The notes under the pieces were generated by a model. It saw only the letters and a list, made by a program, of their open reading frames with translations. It was not told the DNA's origin and did no database searches. This document shows positions 11,840 through 26,400 of a stretch of 64,000 nt of DNA, one piece after another. The DNA comes from Antedon mediterranea (taxonomy: Eukaryota > Animalia > Echinodermata): assembly GCF_964355755.1 (NCBI RefSeq), contig NC_092677.1:4982101-5046100 (forward strand). The letters are read 5' to 3'. The position numbers were made by a program, and so were the translations under genes. Position 1 is the stretch's first letter; every line of letters starts with the position of its first letter.

Positions 11840-14800
11840 ACTTTTATGAAAGAAATATGGCTAAAAGTGGTCTCGGCAAAAATGATAGTATCAGTGCATT
11901 ACAATTTATGAATGGAATTAACCTTCGATTAGCAATTTAACATTTGGTTGCTTCAAAATGTTTTTTTTTATCAATAATCTTCCCATACAATATGTTATTA
12001 ATTGTTGCCCTTGCATGGCAATTGTTTATGTATATTTTTTGTTTATTGTTCTATCTAGAAACAGCTTTGATTGAAAGGTAATGATTTGTGGTATTTAAAA
12101 TTTTCTATTTCAAGCTTTGAAAGAGTACTTGACTTATCTCTTTTAAAATTTACTGGAAACAAAAGCTATGCTTAAACTTATTTACTTAATTGGTTATCCG
12201 CACTTGTATAACTTTGTCATAAGATTGAGCTGTAGATGTGCAAGAAACTTTGTTTTATGATTTTAGAGTTGCGGAACGTGACTTACGCGCGTTTTTATGA
12301 ATTTCAATGATTGATCATAGATTAAAAACCAAAAGTCATTTTATATTGACACTTGGTGAAAATTTTAGTCATATCAAGGGCAACTTTCTATGGATTAAAA
12401 ATGGCATGTTTCACAAAAAGTTACGCGCGTGCGAAAAATCAATTTCTAATCAACTTTCTACGCGTTTCATGTCATTTTGAGCATGTCAAAAATTCCCACG
12501 TGTGCGCTAAAAACGTAGCGTTAAAAACATACTTTTTTCGCGTGATTTATGTTTTTCCAGCCTTTTCTAGTAATTTTACCAACTTTTAAACAATTTCGAC
12601 TTAAAATTACGTCATACGAGGACGTGGAATTGGTTAATTTGCGCGCGTTTTTGATGAAAAAGTTCAAAAATGCATCAGAATTATGCCTTTTTTTAAACAG
12701 TCATAGATTCTAAACTACATGGTGAACTCTTTTTAAATTACATATTCTGGAAGTAGATGAGTTGTAGATATCAAATCATTCATCAATATGGCTAACCGTA
12801 CATTGTGACGTCATCGTATGGCCACTCAAATATAAAATATAGGATTTTTTTCTCTTTCGTCATAGCTCATCACATTTAATAGAGCGCATCTCCACTTATC
12901 CGTATTCAATTTCCCCTCATTTTTTTGTATTGTCTAGGTCAATCAATTATCTTTCGCATAATTTACCATTTTTAAAATTGTGATGACGTCATCATAATCA
13001 AAAGCGTGAATAACTTGGGTCACTTATTTTCATCCAATTTTTTATTTCCATTAAATTTAAATATGTTATAGCTCCCTCAGAATGAAAAGTGATACTCATG
13101 ATTAAAACGTTTTCTGGAAGCTGTTGAATTGTAGATACGAATTCATGTATAAATTTTGCGCATCGGCTGTTGTGATGTCATCATATGGCCAGTTGAATTA
13201 TAAAAGTCGTATTTTCATATTTTGCGTCATAGGTCATGACATTTAAAAGATCGCGCATCCATATTTTACGTATCCAAATTTGTTCAACACGTTAATATGT
13301 TGTTGCTCAGATAATTCCCTTCCAAAATTGCTATCTACGTGTTTCATTTTGATGTCATGTTAAAAATTGGAATAAAAGGCGGGTCCCGTTATTTTCACCT
13401 ATTCTGCACTGTATGTAGTACGTACCGGTATACAGTATATAGTGTATACTGTATATACTTATACGTGACACAAAATAAGGGGCACACTAACATTTTAATT
13501 TCCTCAGGTCACAATGGCATAATCGTTTTTCTGTGCTCAATATTCTAACATATGACATGCACGTGGCGTTTGCGGTGCGGATAATCTAACTCATCTATAG
13601 TGACGAGTTCAAATCTAGTTTACTATACTATTGCTAAGCTGAAGTTGGTTACTTTCTTTTACCTTTACATCTCCCTGCTTTTACCATGTATTATAATGTT
13701 CCTTCACTGCTACCGCTTGTCATATTTAGAATGGTTTTCTTCATTGTTTGTTTATATTCAATTAGGCAATCTATCTAAAAAAACAGCCCAAAGTGAAACA
13801 AATTGCAAACAGAGATTTTTCTTTTTTTAAATGGGTCACATTTGATGAGGAGATCAAAATTTGTGAGCATCATATCTCTGTCACTTATCCCGATGATATG
13901 CAAATTAGGGTGAAATTACAGAGTTATCATATCTCAAAAACTACTAGTCCGATAGAATCGATTTTTTCACTGATTTCTTCAAAATATATATATTTATATT
14001 TGCTCTAATGAAACATTTTACGAAAAAATGACCAGTACAACATTTGACTCTCATGACCTCATTTTTCAATGTTTGCATACACAATGTGACTAAAATGTCT
14101 GTAGAGACTTTATTTTTTCGTCAAATGACCCAGATATAGGTTCCTAATAGCCAGCATAGGACCGCTTTGTAATTCCCAAAATCGCATCTTTGTCACACAC
14201 CTCGAAAGTATGCAAATTAGTAGTACAAATTACATGAAATATGCAAATAAGGGGGTGAAATTACAGTCTTCCCGTATCTCAAAAACCATTAATGATAGAG
14301 AGTTGATTTTTTCATTTAAGCCTTATTCAGAATGTACATATTTATATTCGCTCTAATGAAACATTTTACCCAAAAATTATCAAAAGTATGACATTTGACC
14401 CTCGACCCTACTTCTCAATATTTGCATATAATGCAACTAAAATTAAATAAATACATGCCCTGGGTTGTGGGTCAAAGGTCAGAAATGGCATTTCCGGTCA
14501 TTTTTAACTAAAATGTCCCATTAGACTGAATATAAATGTATACCTTGTGATCAATTTGAGACCAAAATTACTTCGCTGTGACCAGTGGTTGTTGAGATTT
14601 AAGGACATATTGGTGTTTGGTCTTATGACCTTTCACCCTGACCTTTTGACCTTTCGCCACATTTTCAAAATGTGTAACCAAGCCAAAAATGGATGTTTGA
14701 CCACCCTAAACCAATTTCTGAAGTCAAATTTTCTGGACCTCAAAGTGCATACGAAAGTTGATCTATAGCTACTAGAGTATATATTTTCCTGATATATTTA

Positions 14801-17800
14801 CTTTTTTTTTTCTCTTAGACCTAAAACTCAGTCAGGAAGAGAACCAGTTACCATATGTAAGCTGATTTATATTTATGTTAGAAAGGTTTTTTTTTTAAAT
14901 ATCCTTGAGAGAATTAAGCATTCTTCAAATTTTAAAGACAGTAAAACCCCTCCTTTTGGACACCCCTATTCAGGTACACCCTTATTAGAAACTTGCCTGT
15001 AAATGAGGAGCAATATATGTTTTAACACTACGGCCAACCCTTACTACTCAGGGGACACAGTTCTATTAAGGAGACAGGGACACATTTGAGTGTGCCAAAT
15101 TCAACCCCTATTATGAAAGGGGACAATATTTTTGTTCCACCATAAAAACAACATAAAAGACCAAGTCATTATATTAATTTATATCGTTGGTAATACAAAA
15201 ATGATTATAATAATTATTCATTGTTGAAACGTTGATTGCTAAATTTTAAGTCTCCTTAATAGGGGTTCTGCTGTACAGTACACCAGTGTATGTTCCAGCT
15301 CAGATTATGAAGGAATATAAAGTAAAAGAAAGCTATAAACTCAAGACACATGTTTGATAGAGCATGAATCTAGTCATTTTCTTGGGTGCCTACAAATCAT
15401 AGTGATTTAATTTAAAGAAAGTCTGTTCAGTACTTTGTGATGGTACAGAAGGTTGTTCTATTTGTACCTTGCTGGGGCGGATCCAGACATTTTTGAGAGG
15501 GGGGGGGGGGGTCCGCCGATAAAAGGGCACATCAGATATTGAGTATTTGAGCCACAGCCCCCCCCCCCCCCATGGTGGGGGTTGTGGCGAAGCGAATTTT
15601 GTTACAGGACACACTTAGATGGCCGGAAATGGCACTCTCGCACGCAAAATCCATGATAAATGGCACCTTTCTAGTTCGCCAGAAATGACATTTTATTAGC
15701 AGGGATAACGATGCAAAATTAAAAATTGTTATTTTTCAACAAATTTAAATCTGTTGGTATTAATATTCCAATAAAGAAAGAATTACGAAAATCTGACTTG
15801 TAGTTTTCGAAATATAGGGTCTAAAACATTGCCGAAAATGATCGTTTTTAGCCACGAACGTTGTAAACAAATTGCGCCATTTTTCGCTAAAATAATTACA
15901 TATAATTACGTTTTATAGTAATTTCTTTTATATATCAACATTGGAAATATCAATAAAATATGTTATTAAATGTTTATAAAATATATAGAGTTGTTTATTT
16001 AATGGAATTCGTACAAATTCATTGCTCTAAATTTGTGTAGTACCGTTCAGTACAGAGAGATCACGTGACTTCTTGGTACACGCGAGAGAAAACATTCCGC
16101 TGTGGGTGATTCGCGTCCACCAATCAAATAGCCAGAATCCAAAATCATTCAACCGTGAGCTCTGCCGATCGCGGGGAAGCTCAGCTTTGATTGGCTTACG
16201 ATGACATCATATCACAAAATGGTGGTTTTGTAGTTGAGCCTCACGTAATTTTCACAAATATTGTTTCAAAAATGAAATAAATGAACCTTCTTTATGGTAT
16301 GTGATTTTTCTTTAAAAGATTTGAATAATAAAGGCTTCATATCGAGAAAAAAACATTTTTTTGGCACTTATAATAAATATTTCTCAGAGAAAAAAGCACA
16401 TGGCTTGTAGAACTATATTATCTTGGCGTAGGAAGACAAACAAATCCCAGGTCATGAGAGGCTCAACTACAAAAACAAGGTTGAATAGTGTAGTAAGGAC
16501 CGTTTGATGATTTTTGAGTAAACAATCTACCGCGTATGGTCGTACCCCCACAAAAAATAAATCCGGGATCCCGACGGGATCCCGGCGGGATCCCGTCGGG
16601 ATCGTATAATCCCAGCGGGAAATCACAATCCCGGTGGGATTTTTTTCTCGATTGTTCGGGATTAACCGGGATTTTTTGCGAATATATCGGGATGAATGGG
16701 ATTTTCTTCTTAAAAACGGGATACGTCGGGATATTTTCCCGATTGTTCGGGATTAACCGGGATTTTTTGCGAATGTATCGGGATACGTTCATGATCAACC
16801 GGGATTTGTTTCGAATGTATCGGAATGATTGGGATTTTCTTCCGAAATCGGGATACGTTCGGGATTAACCGGGATTTTTTGCGAATGTATCGGGATACGT
16901 TCGTGATCAACCGGGATTTGTTTCGAATGTATCGGAATGATTGGGATTTTCTTCTGAAAAACGGGATACGCCGGGATTAACCGGGATTTTTTGCGAATAT
17001 ATCGGGATGTTTGGGATTTTTTTCTTAAAAACGGGATACGTTCGGGATTAACCGGGATTTTTTTTACAAATGTATCGAGATGAGTGGGATTTTCTTCTTA
17101 AAAACGGGATACGTTCGGGATTATAATTTCTTTTTTTTAACCGGGATACGTTCGGGATTAACCGGGATTTTTTGCGAATATATCGGGTTGTTTGGTATTT
17201 TTTCCTTAAAAACGGGATACGTTCGGGATTAACCGGGATTTTTTGCGATTGTATCGAATTTCTTTTTTTTAACCGGGATACGTTCGTGATTAACCGGGAT
17301 TTGTATCGGAAAAAGCGGGATTTAATTCCCTGTTAATAACACAATTTTGTCGATCGATTCGTCAGTATCGATGTCCATATCATTGACGATTTGGTAGCGT
17401 AAGTCAGCGTGTTATTTATTTTATGGAGAGGACCTTTTATAATAAATAATAAACAGTCAAGTTGAAGGTAAAGTATTTATTCGTGTGTTGTCATTTTGAC
17501 TACTATTTTTAGAGTTGTGTTAAACGCTTTACACTTTATTTACCTTTTTAATTTTATCGTTAAAGTTCATGCATGTATTATCTGTAACTATACTAACAAA
17601 TCATGTTGCTGTTTCTCAGCCGATAAATAAATGCATGTGCATTTAGTTTTCTTTTAGGTTTTCTTTAATATTTAACTTTGTTGTGAATAATTTACATACT
17701 TTTTATACTTGTTTATACATACATTAGAGAGAAAGCACCAAAGTGGCTTTATCCATGTTAGAGTTGACAACAATTATTTTCATTCTTGTACGGTACCGTG

Positions 17801-20800
17801 AACACCGCTATTCCTTACCTATATTATATGTTCTACGCATGTAAACAGCGATCAAGTTGACACTTCTCAAATCAACAAGGAAATACTATACAATTATATA
17901 TAAAAACCAAGGCAAACATTAAAATTCATGCATACAACATAACCCTCCCACTGATCACCATTAACTGATATTTTTAGTAAAACGTTTATTAACCTGTTTA
18001 CAGACAAAATATGTTTTTAAATTAAAAATTATTATACCTTTTAAATCCTAGTACAGATAAGTATGTTTTATTTTAAACGATAGACACTTATTTTATAATT
18101 AACAGACCTTTTACACTAACATGTTTTTATTGTTTGAATGATGAATTAATTGTTATTTCGAAAATTATTTGTTGAGGTATTAGGCTATTGGTTACCCAGC
18201 TGATGAATGCAACGTAAGCATTCCTGTATATATTTGCATGTTCTTTCATAATATTATACAGGAGATCCGAACCAACAGTTACCTCCTAACACATAACATA
18301 AGGATCGAAACAGTCAATGCATCCTATAGGCTCTATATAAAATTTAATAATTACATGATAATGCATGGTAATAGTCAACAAATATGCATACAAATATAAT
18401 ATTAAAATAATATATCGATGCATTGCCTGTCCTGGGTTTACCCAGTTAATTTGTTTGTTTTTTTATCAGTATATAGATATTTGTAAAGTTTAATAAACAG
18501 TGGCATTAAAACAAATTACATGATGCTTATAAATATACAGTAAACAGTTTCCAGACAAAAATCTGAACGCCGACTGGTGTACTAACAAAAAGATTTGATG
18601 TCTTTCAGCTGCAAAGCAACACAAAGCAAAACGAAATATCAACCCGCGTGCAATGCGCTCTTAAGCTAGTAGGCTTACTAAAGCGAAAAAATCCTATTTT
18701 TTAATTCGAGTGACCATATGGTGACATCAGAATATCCGGTAGATATACTTTGTACATGAATTGATATCTAACACTTATCAGCTTCCATAATATAATTTTA
18801 AAAATAGAGGGTACCAACCATCCTAAAGAGCTATAATTGATTGCAAATAGGTAGGCCTCCTATGTTTTTGCACAAATTTGCATTAAATTACCCATTATAG
18901 TTTAACGTGCACGTGCGTCGTTATTTCGCAATCAAAGTTCATCAAAAATAAATGAAATCTATAGAAGGTATGAAAACAAAAATCAATTGCAAAAACAATT
19001 TTTCTACGCTTTGTACGAACTGTGCGCACATGCAAATGTTCAAATGCTCAAAATAGCTTGAAATGTATGAGAAATTGATTAGAAATTAATTTTGCGCATT
19101 TTGAAATTTTAAATGCGTGTTTTCGTGTAATTTTGTTTGCGTAGCAAGCTATTTGTATCACGTAAAAAGTTACTCCATATTATGAAATACACTTTTGTAA
19201 CGTTTCATCGAAAAATAAGTTATGATCAACCATAAATTTCATAAAATCGCGTTAAAAAATGTTGATCTCATACAATCACAAGAAATAGAGTTAATTAGAA
19301 ACTAGTTATTATCGTGCTCAGACTTAGAACGTGATTTGACACGAATCTAATCGTGTTCAAGAAGGTTTGGTGGTATTGACACAAATGTATTATTCCTTAT
19401 TTTCATGAATATACATTTGTTCAAAATTTGCGAGACCGGAACAACCACGACATCGGATAACTCAACCTTAATTATATGACTGCATAGCGGCTTGGTGCTG
19501 TATACCATAAGGTCTGGATGATTGGTATCGTTGACGTTGATTGTTGAGCCCTGTCGCTTATATTTTTGAATGATGCAATGAGTTGATGACGATGTTGTGA
19601 TGAACAGTAGAATTTTACCCGGAAATTCAAAGTTGGCGACATCCTTGAATATCACACAACTATTGGCTCTCGTTTTGCTTCTTTCATGGTCTCTGCACGT
19701 ATAGATGATATTGCTTTTCTGGTATCGGTAGCATTTCCCTGTGGGCTTTAGAGCTTGTATGCCGTGATTTTCTACTTCATTTCTGGTCAGGGGAAATACT
19801 TTCCCGACTACTTTCGCTTTGTCTTGCTCGTTTTCTCTACAATTAAATTAACAATGTATTTAATAAAGCTACATTGTAATGAATGTTCCATGCGTAGTAA
19901 AAGAATCGAACTTACCGCATGTATTTCACTGTTAGTTTATTTAACAGTTGCTCCAATTTCTGTGGTGAGTTCACCCTTATTTTCTGAATTAACGCAGGCA
20001 AGGCCTTTGTCATTCCGACAGCAAATGTGATCTTTAAAAACATAAAAACATGCTTATTGAATTCATGATGAAACGAACGCTTATGACCTTAAAAAAAAAT
20101 ACAGCGTAATTATATAGTGTTTTGGTTTACACGGCGCCTGAGTTAGCCTATATTCCAATTCATAGCCTACGTTTGAATCCTGACTCCAGGATAATAAAGA
20201 TACATCTCTATTAAAGTATATCTTTGATTGATCTTTGCTCAAACATAGTTTAAAAGTAAGCTTACCATAAATTGTCGGAAAAATCCTACAAAAATCAGTT
20301 AATAATTGGTCAGCATACTCCAGGTCTGCTACACTAATTTCTTCTTTTGCAAGGAGACTAATTGCTGAAACTAATAGGCAGTAGTGTACGTATGCTTCTT
20401 GGTTTAAAATACCACTCAGGACAGGCACCGAAAAATGAATGAGCCATTCACGGCATTCCGAAGCTTTAATTAACAAGGACAAACAAATATTATATTACTG
20501 AAATTACTGAAAAAATGACAATGATGTGGGTATTAGTGGCTGGATCTCAATGGAGATACAAAAAAAAGCGAAAATCTAAAAAAAAAAAACGTTAAAGTAA
20601 AAAAAAATAAATATATATATATATTGAATCCTTTGACCTACCTTTCCAATGCTGGCCTTCATTTATACCACGCTGGCGACGAACAACAAATTTCGGTGTT
20701 CTAATATTTAGCAACCGAGAGTTGAGAAGTTCCATCTATAACATCAATAATGTTAATATTATAACTTAATCATAGTGTGCGCATAAACGTCATAGTTACG

Positions 20801-23363
20801 TTGGCGTACGACTATTAATGATACTTATTGGTATATATACGGGCCTTACCTTTTGACCGATAAAATAATCCTTTCCTCTAGAATCTTTACCGACCCACAA
20901 ATTTAAAAGTTGCTTTGTTATTCCCAGCAAGACGCAGTGCATCCAGTCTATGGGAAATATGGTTGCCATATCAACGTACGGTAGGGCCATGAGTGCCGAT
21001 GCACCTTTGATGCCTCTTACCTATTTGGAGTTCAAGCAAAATTAAATATTCGATATCGGTAAACTACTAATAGTATATATACACTTATGTCTATTACGGC
21101 TATATCGTTTACTAATGCAATGTAAAAAATAAAATAATTTGTGCATGTCTAGGCCTACCGCTTCTCCATTTATGGATGCTGTTCGAGCATCCTGTACAAA
21201 TGATGCGTTCGTTCTAAGTTCTATCTCAGTCGTAAACGGGTAGAATCTGTGCAGAGGCGTGTCTGTCTGCCCTTCAGAGTAGCAAATGTTACACCCAGAT
21301 TTGCCATTATATTGCTTCATATTCGAAACAATAGCTCTGGCGGGGAGGTCGACGCAAACAGCTAACAAGCGCCCCTTGATCAACCGTTTTCCATAATAGG
21401 TTGTAATCACAACACCTGTACAATCAAAATATTTTTATTACGATATATACAATACTTTTAACTAGCGTACGTATTTCGCAAACTTATACATTGCCCATTT
21501 TTAAGGTTCGTTCGTTAATCATAATTACGTACGCGCATCATATCCCAAATGGTCTTTCAAATATATAACAAAATATTCGTGCAAAATTACCATCATTCAA
21601 GCCCAGAAAACTCTCAATTAGTTTTGCTAAATACATTTGCATGTTCGGTTTTTCCTTTTGACAATATATACTGCACGGCAATAGATATTTCCGGGAAAAT
21701 CTAGCAAGTAAGAAGTAATTGACAAAATTAAATAATATGAATTTTTAAACATAATAAGATATACTTAATGCATAATAATACGCTTTACCGTATACTAAAT
21801 AATGAAAATTATTATTAATTAAAATAGCATGAATACCGTCCGTAGTGAAGCACGCATAGGAATATATAATTGTAACATAGATATGTATATGAAAAAATAT
21901 TTATTGCACACATCTACCTGAGCTGGACTGGAAGTTCGTTTATAGCCACGTATACAGGCCACAGGGTTTTCCTTGATGAGGTAAATATTGACACACCATC
22001 TACGAAGAATTTAAATTTTTAAAAGTAAAACCGATAACATCGGTATTTTGAGGTTATGTGTTTAAAAACTATTATCAATAGTTAACAAATTATATCAGTA
22101 CGTACCGGTATTCAGTGTGAAAGTTATGAATAATTCTTTGTTTGTGTTGATTGAACTTGGCACAATGCGATGGTATTCAGACCCGTCACATATGTCACTG
22201 ATTGTATCGGTTTCGGTATCATTGTGGTGATGGTTGTTAGCTAAAACCATATCACAGAACGTTTTGTCTATGTATAAATAATAATAGTTTAAGAATACAA
22301 AAAAACAAAATCCAGCAAAACAATGCAAAATTAACAATAACAACAACCATGGAGGACGGTAGTAAAAAATGATAAATATTGACATTATTGGTAAAATAGG
22401 GATAGTTTAATACCTTTAAACAGTTTTTCTAGCTGATCGCATATATCAATACTGTGATATACTAGGCTGGTTCCTCCGCACCCACACACGCTGTTCTTAC
22501 TCTCCAGCTCATCGTAGCATCTTTCACAATAAAAATGTGTATTTGGCTCTTTGAAGTCGGTATGTTGTTTAATCATTTTTTTGGTTTTGTAAAGGGATGT
22601 TACGATATTGCAGTTTGAAGGCAGAATTGTTGAAATAAGGAATAGAAGATCTGAATATGCTGCTTGAGTGAGTGAGTGTTTAATAACAAATAACAGGATA
22701 GATGTATAAAGGCTGATATAAGTATGCCCCGACCCTTCAAAAAGCCTGTTAAATAGTGTTGGATCTTCATGTGGTATGTAGGTACTTTCTTCATGGTCGG
22801 AAGTCTCATTAGCTGAAGATTCTGACTCAGTAGTACTAGTAATACTATCACTGCTAGTAATAGGCACACTGTGACACAGACTCGGAGTGGTGGTATCACT
22901 AGAAGTAGAAGAGATGTCAAGAGAAGAATCTGAATCATAAAAAATTTGAGTCCGTATTGTAGTAGATGCGGATGACATTTTTGCAATCTTTCGTGCAGCA
23001 TATCGAGCCCTACGTGGATTGAAACCGTAGTGTCTTGAATGTCTTTTCCGTCGTTTCACTGGTGTACGGAGTCCGCCGTCACTACTGGGGAGTGAACTCT
23101 CTGTGGTATCGGACATTCCTAAATCAAAGTACAATCACAAAATTCCGACACTTGCATTAAAACAGATTATTTAATATACTTGTTGTATGAAGACTGAATT
23201 GTCTAAGAAATAAAGTATATTTTACACTACACTACATTTATTTATTTATGAAAAAACTGTGATTATTTATTTTTTTAATAGAAAGAATTGCTTTTAATAA
23301 TATTGTATCGCCGATTATATTATACGATCATTATCGTCCTAGTGTTTTGCAGGCTAATAATAA

Positions 23364-23415
<52 letters not shown>

Positions 23416-26400
23416 ATAATATTGTATGGTTTATAATATATAAACGACATACATAGACTCGTAACTACGTAAGACTGGCCTAATAATATTAACTAATATT
23501 AATTTAGCCTATATATTAGATAGGCCTATAGTATTAATTAGGTCTATTTTTTTTCCACTCGTAGCCTATTAGGTCTAATTATTAATTGTTTGTTAGTAAT
23601 ACTTTGTAGGCATACACATATGCATATTTATTAATATTATTAAGGCCTACAGAACTACCACTGTGTTCGCCTATTACCTGTAATTAGCGGTGCGCGTTTA
23701 CTGCATGCGCGCTTCAGTGACACGCACATACCTCATGTTATAACTTGAACTAATTTTTGTTTGATTTCATGTTTTACGATGTGATAAAAATACTGAAAAG
23801 GTGTACTTACTATTGTAATTGCTAACTGTTAAGTCGCTGAATATTGAAGTTTCGGTATAAAAATGTTTTTACTTTAAAAACGCCATCATATACGCTCATA
23901 ACGTCAAAAGACTTGCCGTTTTTTTAATCAGTCAGGTTCTATTTTAACCTGTTGCATTAACACGTTAATGATTTGTTGTCAATAGGCCTATTGTTCCGCG
24001 GTTAATTACTATTGTTTTTGAACTTTTTACTACGTATTCAAAGATGTACAGAATGAAAAAGTGACGGTAAAATAGTTGCTCTTCACATTCTGTATAACAT
24101 CGTAATGATTTTAAGAATTTTTCTTAGGTGTGGCCTATATTGCAACAAACTGCAAAACCTATAAAGTCATTTTACATTACATTTTAAATCAATATTTTGT
24201 TGCGCCGGCATCATCATCCGGGGAACAATTAATTAATATCTGATTAATTATAATTATTCCTCCGCAGTCGACGACTCGACAACCACCAGTAGTTTGAATT
24301 TCAACCGCCAATATTAATTAATTCAAAATGACTGGAAAAGTAATTCTAATCATTTGGTATAATGACGTCCCGGTTACGGGCAATGTTTTAAAACAAAAAG
24401 CAATAGTTGAACCGATATGTAATCATTATCAAGTTGGACAAAAGGTGACTGCAAAATGTCCCGGATTTGGGAAGCAGAGGGGAATCATTGGACGAATCGA
24501 AGGTAGGCCCTACGCCTCCCATCCGTTTTTTTTTTTACAAGAACTTGTAGGCCCCTTACCTTAGTTTAGGCCTATATTAGACCTCTAGCTAGGACTATGC
24601 TACATGCTGACAAACTAGCCTATTTAATATGCCTCACTTCATCACTATTGGCCTACATGAAAAACTGTATAAATTAAAAAATATATGTTTTTTTAAAACA
24701 CTATCCATAAGGTGTAATATAAATTTTATTTTAATGTATGTGCAATATTTGTATACAGTACTATAAAAAGATTGTTTGTGTGCTGTCTTATATTTGACAA
24801 CTTGTTCTAGGCCTAAGGCCTAGTAGGCCTATAATAAATATTATTAGGCCTATATTATTATAGGCCAAAATATGCATACAAGGGGCCTATTTTATTTTCA
24901 AATATAGGCTAGGCCTAGGCCTAAGCCTAGGCCTACCTATATTTTTAACTTATCCAAATGTAGCCACGGCCTACCTAATTAAAGGTTATTGAGGGGCCTA
25001 TAGGCCTAGCCTAGCCTAGGCTATTTTATTTTTTTTAGGGGAGTGGATAAATTATTTGTCTGACTAGCCTAGGCCCAGGAAGAAAGAAAAGAAAAAAGAA
25101 AATCTAAAATTAGACATGTTTGGGTATGGTTGGTATATTAAGGCCTATATATAATACCACAGGCCTAGGCCTATAGGATAGCCTAGCCTATAGGCCTAGG
25201 GCTTATAGTTTAATGATTTTTAATTTAGATGAATCAATGAAGACCGAACTTGGAGAAATTTTGGCTGGCAAAGAATTTGGACGGCTTGTTCGTTCTGTGT
25301 TGGTAGAAGAAAGATGGAAGAAGGTACGTTTTGTACTTTAAATAGGGTCTGTCATTAAGCGCAGTTGTACTACTAATACTTCGTATTAACGACCTGTAAG
25401 ATGCCTAGAATAATATAATACAAATTTAGTAGTATGATAGCGTCTCACTCATTGGTGAACACTTTGAAGCTCGTCATTGGCTGTAGCTCCACCCGCGTCA
25501 TAATCTGATGCCTATATTTGCCGGTCCATTGGCGACAATAAAAATCATGTGACCTAATTTATCCAATACTAAGCTATGTATACAAAGTCAACGCCTATCT
25601 TCAAAAAATAAAAATAAATAAATTAAAAATAAAATGACAAAACAATAAGGGGGTTAGTCATGTATCACCATTAACATCCTTATCATAATTATAATAATTA
25701 TGTGTATGAGTCATGTCACGTTTATTATTAACGTAATGTGGGGTTTTTTTTCAGACCGGCGAAAAGACTAGGCCTACTAGCAGCGCGACGGCGGAGTTCA
25801 ATGACCTCGAGGTAATCGGTGATTGCAAAATAATAGGCACCTACATTCAACACTCCCAATACTACTCTTGAATGTTATTAATGTTTCGTGTAGGCAAAAA
25901 AAAAAAATAAATGACAATCAACCATTTAAGAGGTACTAACATACACAAGAAATAGTTTATTAACATTATGAGTTGGCTGGCCGCCCTAAGCTTGCCTAAC
26001 TGGCTGTCTGTGCACGTACGCTTCATTTTATAGTAGGCCTATCCTACTTTCGGTCAGAACATTATTATAGAAAATAGGCCAAATTGCCAATGAAATAACG
26101 TATTATTATTACATATGTAGCATAATTAATTTATGATTCACATAATTGGATTAAATCCGTAGTGCTAATTGATTTTATAGAGTGGTGAACAGTATGAGGA
26201 ACGGATATCCGTTGATGAAGAGGTTAGCAGGCCTGTATTTAACTTTATATTGCCATTCAGTACTCCCTCATAATCATAACAGAATTATTTTATAAAAAAA
26301 AATATAAATTTGAGATGTTTCAGACAATATATAAAACAACCTCGGTAAATTATGATAACAATAGTAAACAGTACTATTTAGTTATTTATAGGCCTATATG

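Noticed and set aside
16384-17320. Regularly spaced CGGGAT repeats and ORFs (also 29895-30770) that superficially resemble a CRISPR array or repeat protein
   Set aside because: These are subterminal repeats of the CACTA element in a eukaryotic context, with no unique spacers or cas genes.
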